Shown: positions 9,026 through 17,329 of the stretch, one piece after another
Layout of the letters: every line of letters starts with the position of its first letter
Numbering within the stretch: the stretch's first letter is position 1
Assembly: GCA_964444895.1 (NCBI GenBank)
Contig: CAYUJK010000001.1
Location: 767-64,766 of the forward strand
Direction of reading: 5' to 3'
DNA length: 64,000 nt
From: an uncultured Roseivirgaceae bacterium
Lineage (GTDB): Bacteria; Bacteroidota; Bacteroidia; Cytophagales; Cyclobacteriaceae
Made by a program: the position numbers and the translations under genes
Notes under the pieces: generated by a model
The model's input: the letters and a program-made list of their open reading frames with translations, nothing else
Database searches by the model: none
What the model was told of the DNA's origin: nothing

Positions 9026-9493
9026 ATGGAAACTAAAAAAACAGAATTATTCACTTCTGACCAGGAGATATTCGCTTTGACCATCAAACAACCTTACGCC
9101 GACCTTATGCTTCACGGTAAGGTTGAGACCCGCACATGGAACACCCATTACAGGGGGTGGGTATTGATTTGTTCAGGAGGCAGGGCGTTTAAGCAGTACC
9201 AGGTTCACAGCATCTCCCGCTTTGAGCAGATGGACAGGATAGCTGAAGTGTTGGGTAAGGACTACATGGCCTATACAAAGGCCCGGTCAGGGATTGCTAT
9301 TGCTGTCGGTAAGATTGTAGATTCATATCCGATGACGAAAGAAGACGAGGACAAGTGCTTTGCCCATTATTATGAGGGTCTGTTCTGCCATGTGTATGAA
9401 AACGTCCGGCCCATAAAGCCTTTCCCGTGGAGTGGGCAGGTCAGGTTTGTGAAAATACCGCAAAAAATCATTAATCAAATAGAGTACGCATGA
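9026..9493 (+). CDS. ASCH-domain-like protein
   Basis: The ATG at 9026 (METKK) follows the upstream stop directly. IKQPYADLMLHGKVETRTWNTHYRGWVLI resembles the ASCH/PUA-like beta-barrel N-terminus. Confidence 0.5.
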   Translation: METKKTELFTSDQEIFALTIKQPYADLMLHGKVETRTWNTHYRGWVLICSGGRAFKQYQVHSISRFEQMDRIAEVLGKDYMAYTKARSGIAIAVGKIVDSYPMTKEDEDKCFAHYYEGLFCHVYENVRPIKPFPWSGQVRFVKIPQKIINQIEYA

Positions 9494-9975
9494 AAACCAT
9501 ACTGAGGGAAGAGGTGATCTCCGGGGCACTACGGAGAATAAAGGCGGTAGCAGACAAGGGTTATTTCGATGGGAAACACCCTGACGACTACTTTATATCA
9601 TGCCACTGGCTGATCATGAAATATGAGTGTAGTTTAATTTTTACACGGGATGTTGGTGCTCATTCGTGTGGATGGAAAAAGAACCCAGATTATGAAAGGT
9701 GCTACCACTTATCGGTTTCGTTTAAGTCAGGGAAAAACAAGAATGCTTTAGAGAAAATCCTTACCGGACTATTCGGGGAGCATAAACGCAAATTATGGAT
9801 TGAGCCACCACACAGTGTAGCGGGGAAAAGGAACGATGTTTGGCATTATAGGTTGTTTTGTGATCAGTTTTGGCAGCCAATCATACCGCGCGGAGAACCT
9901 TACTCAACAGAATTCACAGAATTAGGCTGGAAATCATATTCAGAAGTACAATCAAACAAAATAAAGTTTTTATGA
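9490..9975 (+). CDS. hypothetical protein
   Basis: ATGA-coupled ORF, 161 aa, His/Cys/Trp-rich (HSCGWKKNPDYERCYHLS). No family named. Confidence 0.6.
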   Translation: MKTILREEVISGALRRIKAVADKGYFDGKHPDDYFISCHWLIMKYECSLIFTRDVGAHSCGWKKNPDYERCYHLSVSFKSGKNKNALEKILTGLFGEHKRKLWIEPPHSVAGKRNDVWHYRLFCDQFWQPIIPRGEPYSTEFTELGWKSYSEVQSNKIKFL

Positions 9976-10448
9976 GTGACACAATAACCCTTACTATATA
10001 CGGCGACCCGAAAGCCCAAAAGAGGCACCGACATGCCAAGATAAAATCAAAAAAGGGCCTTGACTTTATCACCAACTACGACCCGTCCAAAAGTGAGAAG
10101 CAGAATTTCCTGCTTACGGTTCAAAACCAAAGGCCGAAAGAGCCTTTTGATGTTCCCCTGTCTGTGGATATGGCCTTCTATTTCTCCAGGCCGAAAGGAC
10201 ACTATGGGACTGGCAAGAATGCAAATGTTCTAAAACCGTCAGCGCCCAAATGGCATACGTCAAAGCCTGACGTAGATAATTTGAGGAAGTTCTACATGGA
10301 TTCACTCAATAAAATATACTGGAAAGATGACAGTGTGATTTGCGCTGGTCAAACCCTAAAGCAGTATAGCAATAGGCCGAGGGTAGAGATTGTGATAAGG
10401 CCCATAAAAGACATAAGTGTACTTTCGATATTTGAAGAACAAACATGA
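9972..10448 (+). CDS. rusA: RusA-family Holliday junction resolvase
   Basis: In-frame ATG at 9972 (MSDTITLTIYGDPKAQKRHR). KPDVDNLRKFYMDSLNKIYWKDDSVI matches the RusA catalytic Asp block. Confidence 0.8.
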   Translation: MSDTITLTIYGDPKAQKRHRHAKIKSKKGLDFITNYDPSKSEKQNFLLTVQNQRPKEPFDVPLSVDMAFYFSRPKGHYGTGKNANVLKPSAPKWHTSKPDVDNLRKFYMDSLNKIYWKDDSVICAGQTLKQYSNRPRVEIVIRPIKDISVLSIFEEQT

Positions 10449-10729
10449 CCGAGATAGAAAGACTACGAACCCGGATATTTGTGTTTTACGGGTCAGAGCC
10501 AGACGAAAAGATATTCCGGTATAAAATCCGGCAATGGGTGTTACAGGGATCTCCCACAACTGTATTCAAGTTGGCGTGGAACCTGGTAAAGGATGCAAAC
10601 AAGATGAGCCTCAAAGACAAATATTTGAGGAAACGCGGGGACAAGATGTTTGTCGAAAGGGCATTCATTAAATGGGTACGCCTTGCTGTGGAAGAAATTG
10701 AGAATGAAGTTGAACTTAAAACGGTTTGA
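10445..10729 (+). CDS. hypothetical protein
   Basis: ATGA-coupled ORF, 94 aa. Confidence 0.55.
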   Translation: MTEIERLRTRIFVFYGSEPDEKIFRYKIRQWVLQGSPTTVFKLAWNLVKDANKMSLKDKYLRKRGDKMFVERAFIKWVRLAVEEIENEVELKTV

Positions 10730-10731
10730 CC

Positions 10732-10890
10732 ATGACGCTATTTGAATACTTAAAAGACACCTGGATCATCAAAATGAAAGACCTGAAAAGTATGGGTATT
10801 GATCCAAATAAAAAATGGGCGGACACGACGGTATCTGATTTGTATATAATATCAGATTTCCTGGACGTGACGGTGAGTGACTTGTTTTAA
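10732..10890 (+). CDS. small protein (52 aa), HTH-like C-terminus; not in the supplied track
   Basis: Own translation: MTLFEYLKDTWIIKMKDLKSMGIDPNKKWADTTVSDLYIISDFLDVTVSDLF. It fills the gap between neighbouring genes exactly. Its tail resembles the end of XRE-type HTH domains. Confidence 0.4.
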   Translation: MTLFEYLKDTWIIKMKDLKSMGIDPNKKWADTTVSDLYIISDFLDVTVSDLF

Positions 10891-10905
10891 CATTAACAGA
10901 AAATT

Positions 10906-11649
10906 ATGGCTCAAAACAGTAAAATACAGTGGACGGACGCCACTTGGAATGTCGCCGTCGGATGCACTAAAGTGGATGAGGATTGTAAATTTTGCTATAT
11001 GTATAGGGATAGTATGGATAAAACCAGATATGACCCATATCGTGTGCGAAAAACAAAGACTGTTTTTAACACCCCGTTGAAGATAAAAGAGCCTTCACGG
11101 ATATTCACCTCTTCGCTTACAGATGTTTTCCATAAAGATATTGATCCATTCAGGCATGAAATGTGGGACATCATAAGAAAATGTCCTCATCATACTTTTC
11201 AAATTCTCACCAAACGCCCGGAAAGAATGATTAAACACCTTCCTGAAGATTGGGGGGATGGATGGGACAATGTGTGGCTCGGAACCAGTGTGGGTTCTAC
11301 AGATGCTTTTTTGGAAAGATATTTCCATTTGTGTGATACTCCTGCAAAAACAAGGTTTTTAAGCATTGAACCTCTTCATTCAAGGGTTCCATTGATGATC
11401 AGTAAAGAGTTCATTCACTGGGTAATTGTCGGTGGCGAAAGCGGAAACGATAGGGGTAAATACAGATATAGGCCGTGTAAACTGGAATGGATTGAGTTAA
11501 TCATTCGCCGGTCTCAGAAAGAAGGGGTGCCTGTTTTTGTTAAGCAATTAGGCACCCATTTAGCAAAAGAAATGGGGCTAAAAGATAGGCATGGCGGTAA
11601 TATGGAAGAGTGGCCGGAACACCTACAAATCAGACAATTCCCAAAATGA
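10906..11649 (+). CDS. phage Gp37/Gp68 family (DUF5131) protein
   Basis: IQWTDATWNVAVGCTKVDEDCKFCY N-terminus with a Cx6Cx2C pattern, plus FQILTKRP and VIVGGESG blocks characteristic of this family. Confidence 0.85.
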   Translation: MAQNSKIQWTDATWNVAVGCTKVDEDCKFCYMYRDSMDKTRYDPYRVRKTKTVFNTPLKIKEPSRIFTSSLTDVFHKDIDPFRHEMWDIIRKCPHHTFQILTKRPERMIKHLPEDWGDGWDNVWLGTSVGSTDAFLERYFHLCDTPAKTRFLSIEPLHSRVPLMISKEFIHWVIVGGESGNDRGKYRYRPCKLEWIELIIRRSQKEGVPVFVKQLGTHLAKEMGLKDRHGGNMEEWPEHLQIRQFPK

Positions 11650-11837
11650 GCGAATATCGGTATTTAGGCGACCGTCTCACATCTCCTGAGCTGAAAGGCC
11701 GGGAGTGCAGTGCTGTACGTAGAGAAGACGGTAAGTGTATCCGGGGAAGGAACGGGCTCATGCTCGTTGACTTCGATGGAGAGAAAAAAACAGTTATAGG
11801 TAGATTATTAAGAAAAACCAATACAGATGAACGCTAA
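11646..11837 (+). CDS. small basic protein coupled to the DUF5131 gene
   Basis: ATG at 11646 overlaps the upstream TGA (ATGA). 63 aa, two Cys residues, Arg/Lys-rich. Confidence 0.5.
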   Translation: MSEYRYLGDRLTSPELKGRECSAVRREDGKCIRGRNGLMLVDFDGEKKTVIGRLLRKTNTDER

Positions 11838-12633
11838 AGAATTCGAACAAATAGTCAATGAGCGCTGTCAGAAGATCAGGGATGTTTTGACCGCCAAAGC
11901 AAAAGAATACGCTTCAGATAAAGACAGGCTCCACAACTTCAATCGTGGCGCCCAAATTACCGGGCAAACAAGGGAGAGGGTGCTTCATGGTTTTATGATG
12001 AAACATTTCATCTCATACCTTGATATTCTTGATAACGTGGACAAGGGGATATACCCCTCACATAGCCTTGTGGATGAAAAGATCGGGGATATTATCAATT
12101 ACTTTATTTTGATGGAGGCATGTCTGAAAGGGTGTAATAAGGGTGAGGATGGGCAGTTGACTCCGGGATACATAGCTTTCTTCTCATCAACAGACTTAAT
12201 GAATTGGAAAAGAGGATGCTGTCAGGACGCTATTGCCGGGCTGACGGGTGAGTTATTAGGTGAGGACGGTCTCATAAAAATAAAGTGGATATATCCGATG
12301 CATAGCGGGTTTGTTTTTCCGGCAATGAGTTTTGATGAGACAGGAACGATACACGTTGTTGATGGAGAGTTTTTTTATGACGCCCATCAAAAATTACAGT
12401 TTCATCTGCCAGAAAGCCGGAGGATAAAAATACACCGACTGTCGTTTGTTGATAGGATATTAATAAAGCTTAAACTAAAGAAAGATATTAGGTATCATGG
12501 CACGGTGGGTGATTTTTATTCACTTGACGAAGTAGGTAAAATATGGAAACCAAACGTCATAGAACGGTTTCAAAAAATGAAAACGTCACTTCAAAAAAAG
12601 CAGCCCAAGCGCCCCGACCCCAACACCCAATAG
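11827..12633 (+). CDS. two-domain protein; N-terminal all-alpha domain resembling DUF1599-type nucleotide-modification-associated domains
   Basis: KAKEYASDKDRLHNFNRGAQITGQTRERVLHGFMMKHFISYLDIL resembles the DUF1599 helical domain, judged from memory. The C-terminal half is unknown. Confidence 0.35.
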   Translation: MNAKEFEQIVNERCQKIRDVLTAKAKEYASDKDRLHNFNRGAQITGQTRERVLHGFMMKHFISYLDILDNVDKGIYPSHSLVDEKIGDIINYFILMEACLKGCNKGEDGQLTPGYIAFFSSTDLMNWKRGCCQDAIAGLTGELLGEDGLIKIKWIYPMHSGFVFPAMSFDETGTIHVVDGEFFYDAHQKLQFHLPESRRIKIHRLSFVDRILIKLKLKKDIRYHGTVGDFYSLDEVGKIWKPNVIERFQKMKTSLQKKQPKRPDPNTQ

Positions 12634-13065
12634 AAACCGTTCATCAAACAATATGAATTTCTTCTTATTGGATTTATTCAACTCTTCCAAGTACCCCAGG
12701 GCCTCTACGTTGATTTCTTTGACCTCAATAAATCCTTGATAAAGAGATTCAATAGTAGAGTCCCTACGGGCTATCCCCTCCATCAATAACTCCATCTTTA
12801 AATTGTTGGCCTCAGCCATATTCCCGAAAGCAGTAAGTATGGAATCCTGGTAAGCAATGATGCCCTTATCGGCCTTTGAAAGCTGATCGTACAGGGCCGC
12901 CCCTTTCCTGATCCCGGAATACGTGGCAAGGTCCATCACGGCAAAGCTGTCCAACGGAATATCGTCTCCACGGTAGTGTTTGGCGATGTAGGACTGTGAA
13001 TAGGAATTATAGCTCAGGCAGGCTAATAGCAGCAGTGAGGCTATCCAGTTGACTTTGTATTTCAT
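12586..13065 (-). CDS. lipoprotein, outer-membrane spanin candidate
   Basis: Signal peptide with lipobox LLAC (Cys16). Its start lies inside the 3' end of the preceding TM/coiled-coil gene. Last gene of the lysis cassette. At 159 aa it is long for an o-spanin. Confidence 0.4.
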   Translation of the reverse strand: MKYKVNWIASLLLLACLSYNSYSQSYIAKHYRGDDIPLDSFAVMDLATYSGIRKGAALYDQLSKADKGIIAYQDSILTAFGNMAEANNLKMELLMEGIARRDSTIESLYQGFIEVKEINVEALGYLEELNKSNKKKFILFDERFLLGVGVGALGLLFLK

Positions 13066-13360
13066 TGCGTTCTCGTTTTAAAGCGTTTACAGACGTTTTA
13101 AGCGACCTTATGTCGTTTTGATACCCAAGTATAGCTGAGTCCATTTTTTTTAATCTGGCGGCCTCTGTGGTGTTGTGGAGGCGGTATGCGGCAAATGTGC
13201 TGTCGGTTTCCGCAACCACGCTGTCCATTCGTGTTTGCATGGCGGTGATCCGCTCCTGCATTTGTTCCCTCAACGCCTTATTCTGCGCCCGTTGAGTGGC
13301 GTACACGTACACTATTGCTCCGAATAGCGCGATGATCAACAATAATCCCCATTTTGGCAT
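13007..13360 (-). CDS. inner-membrane spanin candidate (N-terminal TM plus coiled coil)
   Basis: MPKWGLLLIIALFGAIVYVYA TM segment followed by a heptad-like helical region. Overlaps the downstream lipoprotein gene. Confidence 0.45.
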   Translation of the reverse strand: MPKWGLLLIIALFGAIVYVYATQRAQNKALREQMQERITAMQTRMDSVVAETDSTFAAYRLHNTTEAARLKKMDSAILGYQNDIRSLKTSVNALKRERNEIQSQLDSLTAAISLPEL

Positions 13361-13361
13361 C

Positions 13362-13736
13362 TCAAAATATTATGAACCGAATAATTAAACCAGAAGTAAA
13401 CCATAGAACTCGCAAAGCAAGTTCGGCCTCACACCCAAATCGCCGCCAAAACCTTTCATACCAGTTGGTGTCCGGGTGGTAACATATACTCAATCCTCTT
13501 GAGGTATTCAAGATGGGATCAAATGCAGCCCTGGCACAAAACCCATACAGGATAGGCCAACATGTGCCGATTGTAGCAAACTCTATCAAGCTGACCAAAA
13601 GTATGGCTCCTACATACAATAGGGTTGACCACGGCTTGTCTGATCTGCCTCTACTCCAAAACCACGGATCAACTACGTAGGCTTCCAAGATAAGCACACC
13701 CAACAAGAACGTGGTAATGATCAGGTAGGCTACCAT
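13362..13736 (-). CDS. multi-pass membrane protein (start uncertain)
   Basis: The track ORF starts at TTG 13787. The in-frame ATG at 13736 (MVAYLIITTFLLGVLIL) avoids overlap with the 52-aa ORF. Several hydrophobic helices. Confidence 0.55.
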   Translation of the reverse strand: MVAYLIITTFLLGVLILEAYVVDPWFWSRGRSDKPWSTLLYVGAILLVSLIEFATIGTCWPILYGFCARAAFDPILNTSRGLSICYHPDTNWYERFWRRFGCEAELALRVLWFTSGLIIRFIIF

Positions 13737-13888
13737 ATCTCCCCTGTGATTATCCAGTAAATCACAAATACCAGGCATATAGCCCAAAAGATGTAAATAG
13801 GCAGCCTTGACTGTGGTTTCGCGTATTTAATCACAATGATGCCCAACACGACAGCTACTATCGGTAAGGCCAACAAGTCCCATCTCAT
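13730..13888 (-). CDS. 52-aa two-TM protein (holin/antiholin-like), not in the supplied track
   Basis: Own translation: MRWDLLALPIVAVVLGIIVIKYAKPQSRLPIYIFWAICLVFVIYWIITGEIW. Its ATG overlaps the upstream TGA (ATGA), and its TAG overlaps the ATG at 13736. Confidence 0.45.
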   Translation of the reverse strand: MRWDLLALPIVAVVLGIIVIKYAKPQSRLPIYIFWAICLVFVIYWIITGEIW

Positions 13889-14130
13889 AGTTTTTCTTTT
13901 TTATCGGACATTAAGTCTGTCTTTTCACGCGATCCTTGTGATGATCCGTAAAAGTATTGAACAATACTTCCAAACGACCCTACCAGCGCCCCCAAAAGGA
14001 TATTGAGCACTTCCCGGTTGCTTTCAGGGACAATGTTCATCACCAGCAGGTATAGGATCACAAAAAAACCAACTACGATCACCGTACCCAGCGAATACAT
14101 AAATATGGTGGCAGACTTATCTCTCTTCAT
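13885..14130 (-). CDS. holin candidate (81 aa, two TM helices)
   Basis: IFMYSLGTVIVVGFFVILYLLVM and LNILLGALVGSFGSIVQYF hydrophobic helices, charged C-terminus. Lies downstream of the hydrolase candidate. Confidence 0.5.
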   Translation of the reverse strand: MKRDKSATIFMYSLGTVIVVGFFVILYLLVMNIVPESNREVLNILLGALVGSFGSIVQYFYGSSQGSREKTDLMSDKKEKL

Positions 14131-14193
14131 GTGTTTTGTATTAAAAAGCCCTGACGGTACCGCCAGGGCAAACCCAACTATGTAAAACCCAGC

Positions 14194-14532
14194 TTACTTA
14201 CTCAAAAGCTCTTTACCGGTATCCACGATAGACTTAATCTCTTCTGGCGTTACTTTGTCATCTTTCAGACTGGCCTCCACCTTATTCAGGATAGACACAG
14301 CGATGTCGGTTTTGTTCTTCGCCCACGATGCGGCTTGTTCTGCTTTCGACTCGGCCTTCACCAAGCCTTCCTTCGCTTTCTCCTTCGCGTTGTTCACAAA
14401 GAAAGAAACGGCGGCCAATACAGCGTTCAAAATGTAGCTGATGATGTTCACAGTGTCCGATCCGGCACCACCCTCACCCTGGGCAGGGGACACGACCGGG
14501 ATGATCAGAAACAAAGCCATAAGGCAGAACAA
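14194..14532 (-). CDS. small membrane/secreted protein of the lysis cassette
   Basis: N-terminal hydrophobic segment (LMALFLIIPVVSPAQG), a second hydrophobic helix, then a K/E-rich tail. The start is TTG 14532 or ATG 14520. Confidence 0.5.
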   Translation of the reverse strand: MFCLMALFLIIPVVSPAQGEGGAGSDTVNIISYILNAVLAAVSFFVNNAKEKAKEGLVKAESKAEQAASWAKNKTDIAVSILNKVEASLKDDKVTPEEIKSIVDTGKELLSK

Positions 14533-14567
14533 AAGAATGTTGATTCGTTTTTTAATGATTTCGTATG

Positions 14568-15152
14568 TTAAAGTTTGAATAAAGCATAGTTAAGCGAATT
14601 CCCATGCACGCGGCTATGAACCCTCAATACAGAATACCATATCTGAAAATCCGGTTCGAACTGGATAACCTGGCATCCAGCAGAGTAAGCCCCCACCTTG
14701 TCTATCTTATTGATAAAAGAAGTGGTGTGGCCATTCAGTCCCGTTACATCGGTATATATTTTCCCTGAGTAGTCAAGCTGTCCATCCTTGTTGTTGTCCC
14801 TCCACCCGGTGAATATTCCAAAGCCTTTCTGTTGGATAGCCGGGTAGTCCTTATGTTTCCCTACCTGCCAGCAGTCTATAAATTGCTTGTTGTGCTCCAG
14901 TATGAATGTCCCATCTTTATGGCCCATCCTGTCCTGCCCCAACCAATATAATCCGGGTTTTGTGGTTCCTTTAAAAACAGGACAGTGTGGGTTTCCCCAC
15001 TCGTCTTTGTAGGCTACCCCAATAATATCATTGAACTCATCTACTTCTGGTTCGTTCCTGAACCCGAATGGATTGACTTGCTGGTTTCCTTCAAGAAACA
15101 TGAAGGAACGGTCTTTGAAGAGTGTCTTTATATCATAATATCCGACATCCAT
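14568..15152 (-). CDS. cell-wall hydrolase (endolysin) candidate with YkuD-like His...SxGC motif
   Basis: GHTTSFINKIDKVGAYSAGCQV has the spacing and context of the L,D-transpeptidase-fold His/Cys site. First gene of a cluster of small TM proteins. Confidence 0.4.
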   Translation of the reverse strand: MDVGYYDIKTLFKDRSFMFLEGNQQVNPFGFRNEPEVDEFNDIIGVAYKDEWGNPHCPVFKGTTKPGLYWLGQDRMGHKDGTFILEHNKQFIDCWQVGKHKDYPAIQQKGFGIFTGWRDNNKDGQLDYSGKIYTDVTGLNGHTTSFINKIDKVGAYSAGCQVIQFEPDFQIWYSVLRVHSRVHGNSLNYALFKL

Positions 15153-15213
15153 ATCAAGTAATTTGATACTAATGTACGGTTTTTTTCAAAAAAGCAATAC
15201 TTAATCGTCGGCA

Positions 15214-15939
15214 TCAAAGGTTTCTGATAGGCGCTAACGAGGTGCTACGGTTCATAATATCAATGAAAAGCTCCACATGAAGGTTCATGAAGTTGGCCAC
15301 GGCCATGTCTAATTTGTTAAGATATTCCTGCTTACGAAGCCGGGTTTCCATAGAGGCTTCCCCGTATTGCCTGGAGTACCTGGCTTTTTGCCAATGTATG
15401 TAGTCTATCAGCATATCGGCCACAAAGGGGTGTATCTCTGTCTCAGAATTGGGTTTAAATTTGTTGGACACATACGTCATGTAGGCGGCGTCTATATCGA
15501 GCCTCGCATCAAACTGAACGACCTCTGCCTTGGTGTCAATCATAAAGTATCCTTTCCCCTGGCCGCGCACAGTCTCTATGTTCTCCGATCGAATCATGGA
15601 CACGAGGAAACCGAACTCGTCTTCTACTTCCAGATGGCTCACTGAAGAGTAGGGCTCTCTTTCATCAAAGGAGGGGTCGATGATGCTCTCGTCATACACC
15701 ATGTTGATGAGCCTGTCCCCGGAAAGGACGCTCATGGATGTCCATTTCAGGTAGTCGTTTGGCAACTGTGACTGTTTCTTGAAGTCAATCTCCAATTTAA
15801 CAGTATTGACATCGTATCCCAGGTTTATCTTGGCCTGCTTTAATCCCTGTATGGCCCAATGCAGGTATTGGATGTACCCGTGCAGGGTATTGTTGCCCGT
15901 ATTGCCAATATATGTTCTTATCAAGTGATCGAGGGTCAT
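15214..15939 (-). CDS. hypothetical virion-module protein
   Basis: ATG ORF, 241 aa, ATGA-coupled to the upstream gene. Confidence 0.6.
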   Translation of the reverse strand: MTLDHLIRTYIGNTGNNTLHGYIQYLHWAIQGLKQAKINLGYDVNTVKLEIDFKKQSQLPNDYLKWTSMSVLSGDRLINMVYDESIIDPSFDEREPYSSVSHLEVEDEFGFLVSMIRSENIETVRGQGKGYFMIDTKAEVVQFDARLDIDAAYMTYVSNKFKPNSETEIHPFVADMLIDYIHWQKARYSRQYGEASMETRLRKQEYLNKLDMAVANFMNLHVELFIDIMNRSTSLAPIRNL

Positions 15940-16622
15940 CGTTGTGCTGTTTGAGGTTTGACCTTACTCACATTTGGATTCGCGTTTGTTAACATGTCGG
16001 CCTCTATTTCCTGGCCTTGCCCAAAAATATTCACCACATCCATAATAATGTCCATCTCCAGCTCCTGAGATACCGGTATGGGATCGTTGTCTCCAACAGA
16101 ATTAGGGTCAACAGAAAGCGCCTTAATCTGTACGTGGTTTATCCCCACTTCTTTTAGTGTTTTCCCCATTCTTTTATGGAAACGTATTTTGAATCTGTCC
16201 GGCTCATACGACCACTGCCCCTCCAGGTACCCGGCATCCAATGGCCCGTAAATATCCATCTCATGCGGGCTTATTGGGATCATCGCCGCCCCATAGCCCC
16301 CGGAAACCTTCTTTGGAGCTACCCTTTGTATGTGGGCGTTGTTGAAAAGGAATATGTGCCCGAAATACGGCAGGTCACAATAATTGTCTTTTGTGGCCTC
16401 ATCTACCTTGACCTCTACGTCATTAAATGTGGCGATGTAGTTGTGGTCGGTAACCCTTTCCCCGTTGGCCCACACGGCAGCTATCGACCCGCCTATGCGC
16501 CTTTGTGCAGACTGCCTCAGCCACCTCACAATTACCCTTTCGTCTAATGGGGAATCAGCGGGTTTCTCTCCCTTGCTGATGAGGTCAATGACCTGTTCGG
16601 CCATCGTCATGAAGGTGGTCAT
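15936..16622 (-). CDS. hypothetical virion-module protein (start uncertain)
   Basis: The track start at 16685 overlaps the upstream gene by 59 nt. The in-frame ATG at 16622 lies 4 nt after the upstream stop. Confidence 0.55.
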   Translation of the reverse strand: MTTFMTMAEQVIDLISKGEKPADSPLDERVIVRWLRQSAQRRIGGSIAAVWANGERVTDHNYIATFNDVEVKVDEATKDNYCDLPYFGHIFLFNNAHIQRVAPKKVSGGYGAAMIPISPHEMDIYGPLDAGYLEGQWSYEPDRFKIRFHKRMGKTLKEVGINHVQIKALSVDPNSVGDNDPIPVSQELEMDIIMDVVNIFGQGQEIEADMLTNANPNVSKVKPQTAQR

Positions 16623-16626
16623 TTTG

Positions 16627-17268
16627 CTATAATCCGGCATCTCTCTGCTCTGCTTTAAATCGTTCAAACTGCAACAACCAGTCATCTTTCAGCGGTACCC
16701 CCAGGTATTGCAGCGTTTTGCTCAATATCTCCGGGTGCTCGGCCTCTGGCCACTCTATGTCTGTTGATCCCGACTGGCTGAATTGAATGGTGACGTCATC
16801 AATAACGGTATAGTTGTATACCACCTTGTCCGGCATTTTCAGGTAATACAAAACCGGCACAACCCCAACAGGGGCCACCTCAATTGTATTCCGTATGACC
16901 ATGACCGGGTATTCAAGCGTGGGCCGCTTGATCCTGGAACGCTTTGCGTCCGCCCACCGGCCATGTGGAATGATCTTGCCGGACACCTCAGCGCCATCCT
17001 CCTGCTTGTGTGCAAAAGACACGGCACGGCCATAATTGTCAGGGACAGCGAATATTGTTGATGACTGAGCGGTAAGCTCACTACGGCGCTCAAAACGCCT
17101 CAAACGGTCTGTAACGTCCTGGTCAAGACCGTACAATACTTTCTCTTTATTGAACTTTTCAAACTGAGCGTAGTTCAACGCCTCCTGCTTTCTCTCAGGG
17201 GTAATGAACCCACTCTGCCCTTCCGGGCGCATAAAGTCTATGAACTTGAAAAGCGTATCTATAAACAT
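16627..17268 (-). CDS. hypothetical virion-module protein
   Basis: ATG ORF, 213 aa. Confidence 0.6.
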   Translation of the reverse strand: MFIDTLFKFIDFMRPEGQSGFITPERKQEALNYAQFEKFNKEKVLYGLDQDVTDRLRRFERRSELTAQSSTIFAVPDNYGRAVSFAHKQEDGAEVSGKIIPHGRWADAKRSRIKRPTLEYPVMVIRNTIEVAPVGVVPVLYYLKMPDKVVYNYTVIDDVTIQFSQSGSTDIEWPEAEHPEILSKTLQYLGVPLKDDWLLQFERFKAEQRDAGL

Positions 17269-17329
17269 GGGGCAACGTATTGTTGGGATAAATGTAGAAA
17301 AAAATCAGAATAACCTGCCCGCCGAAGGA

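Noticed and set aside
12586-12633. 48-nt 3'-end overlap of convergent genes 11827..12633(+) and 12586..13065(-)
   Set aside because: Such overlaps are common in compact phage genomes. No hairpin or other signal was seen in the overlap.
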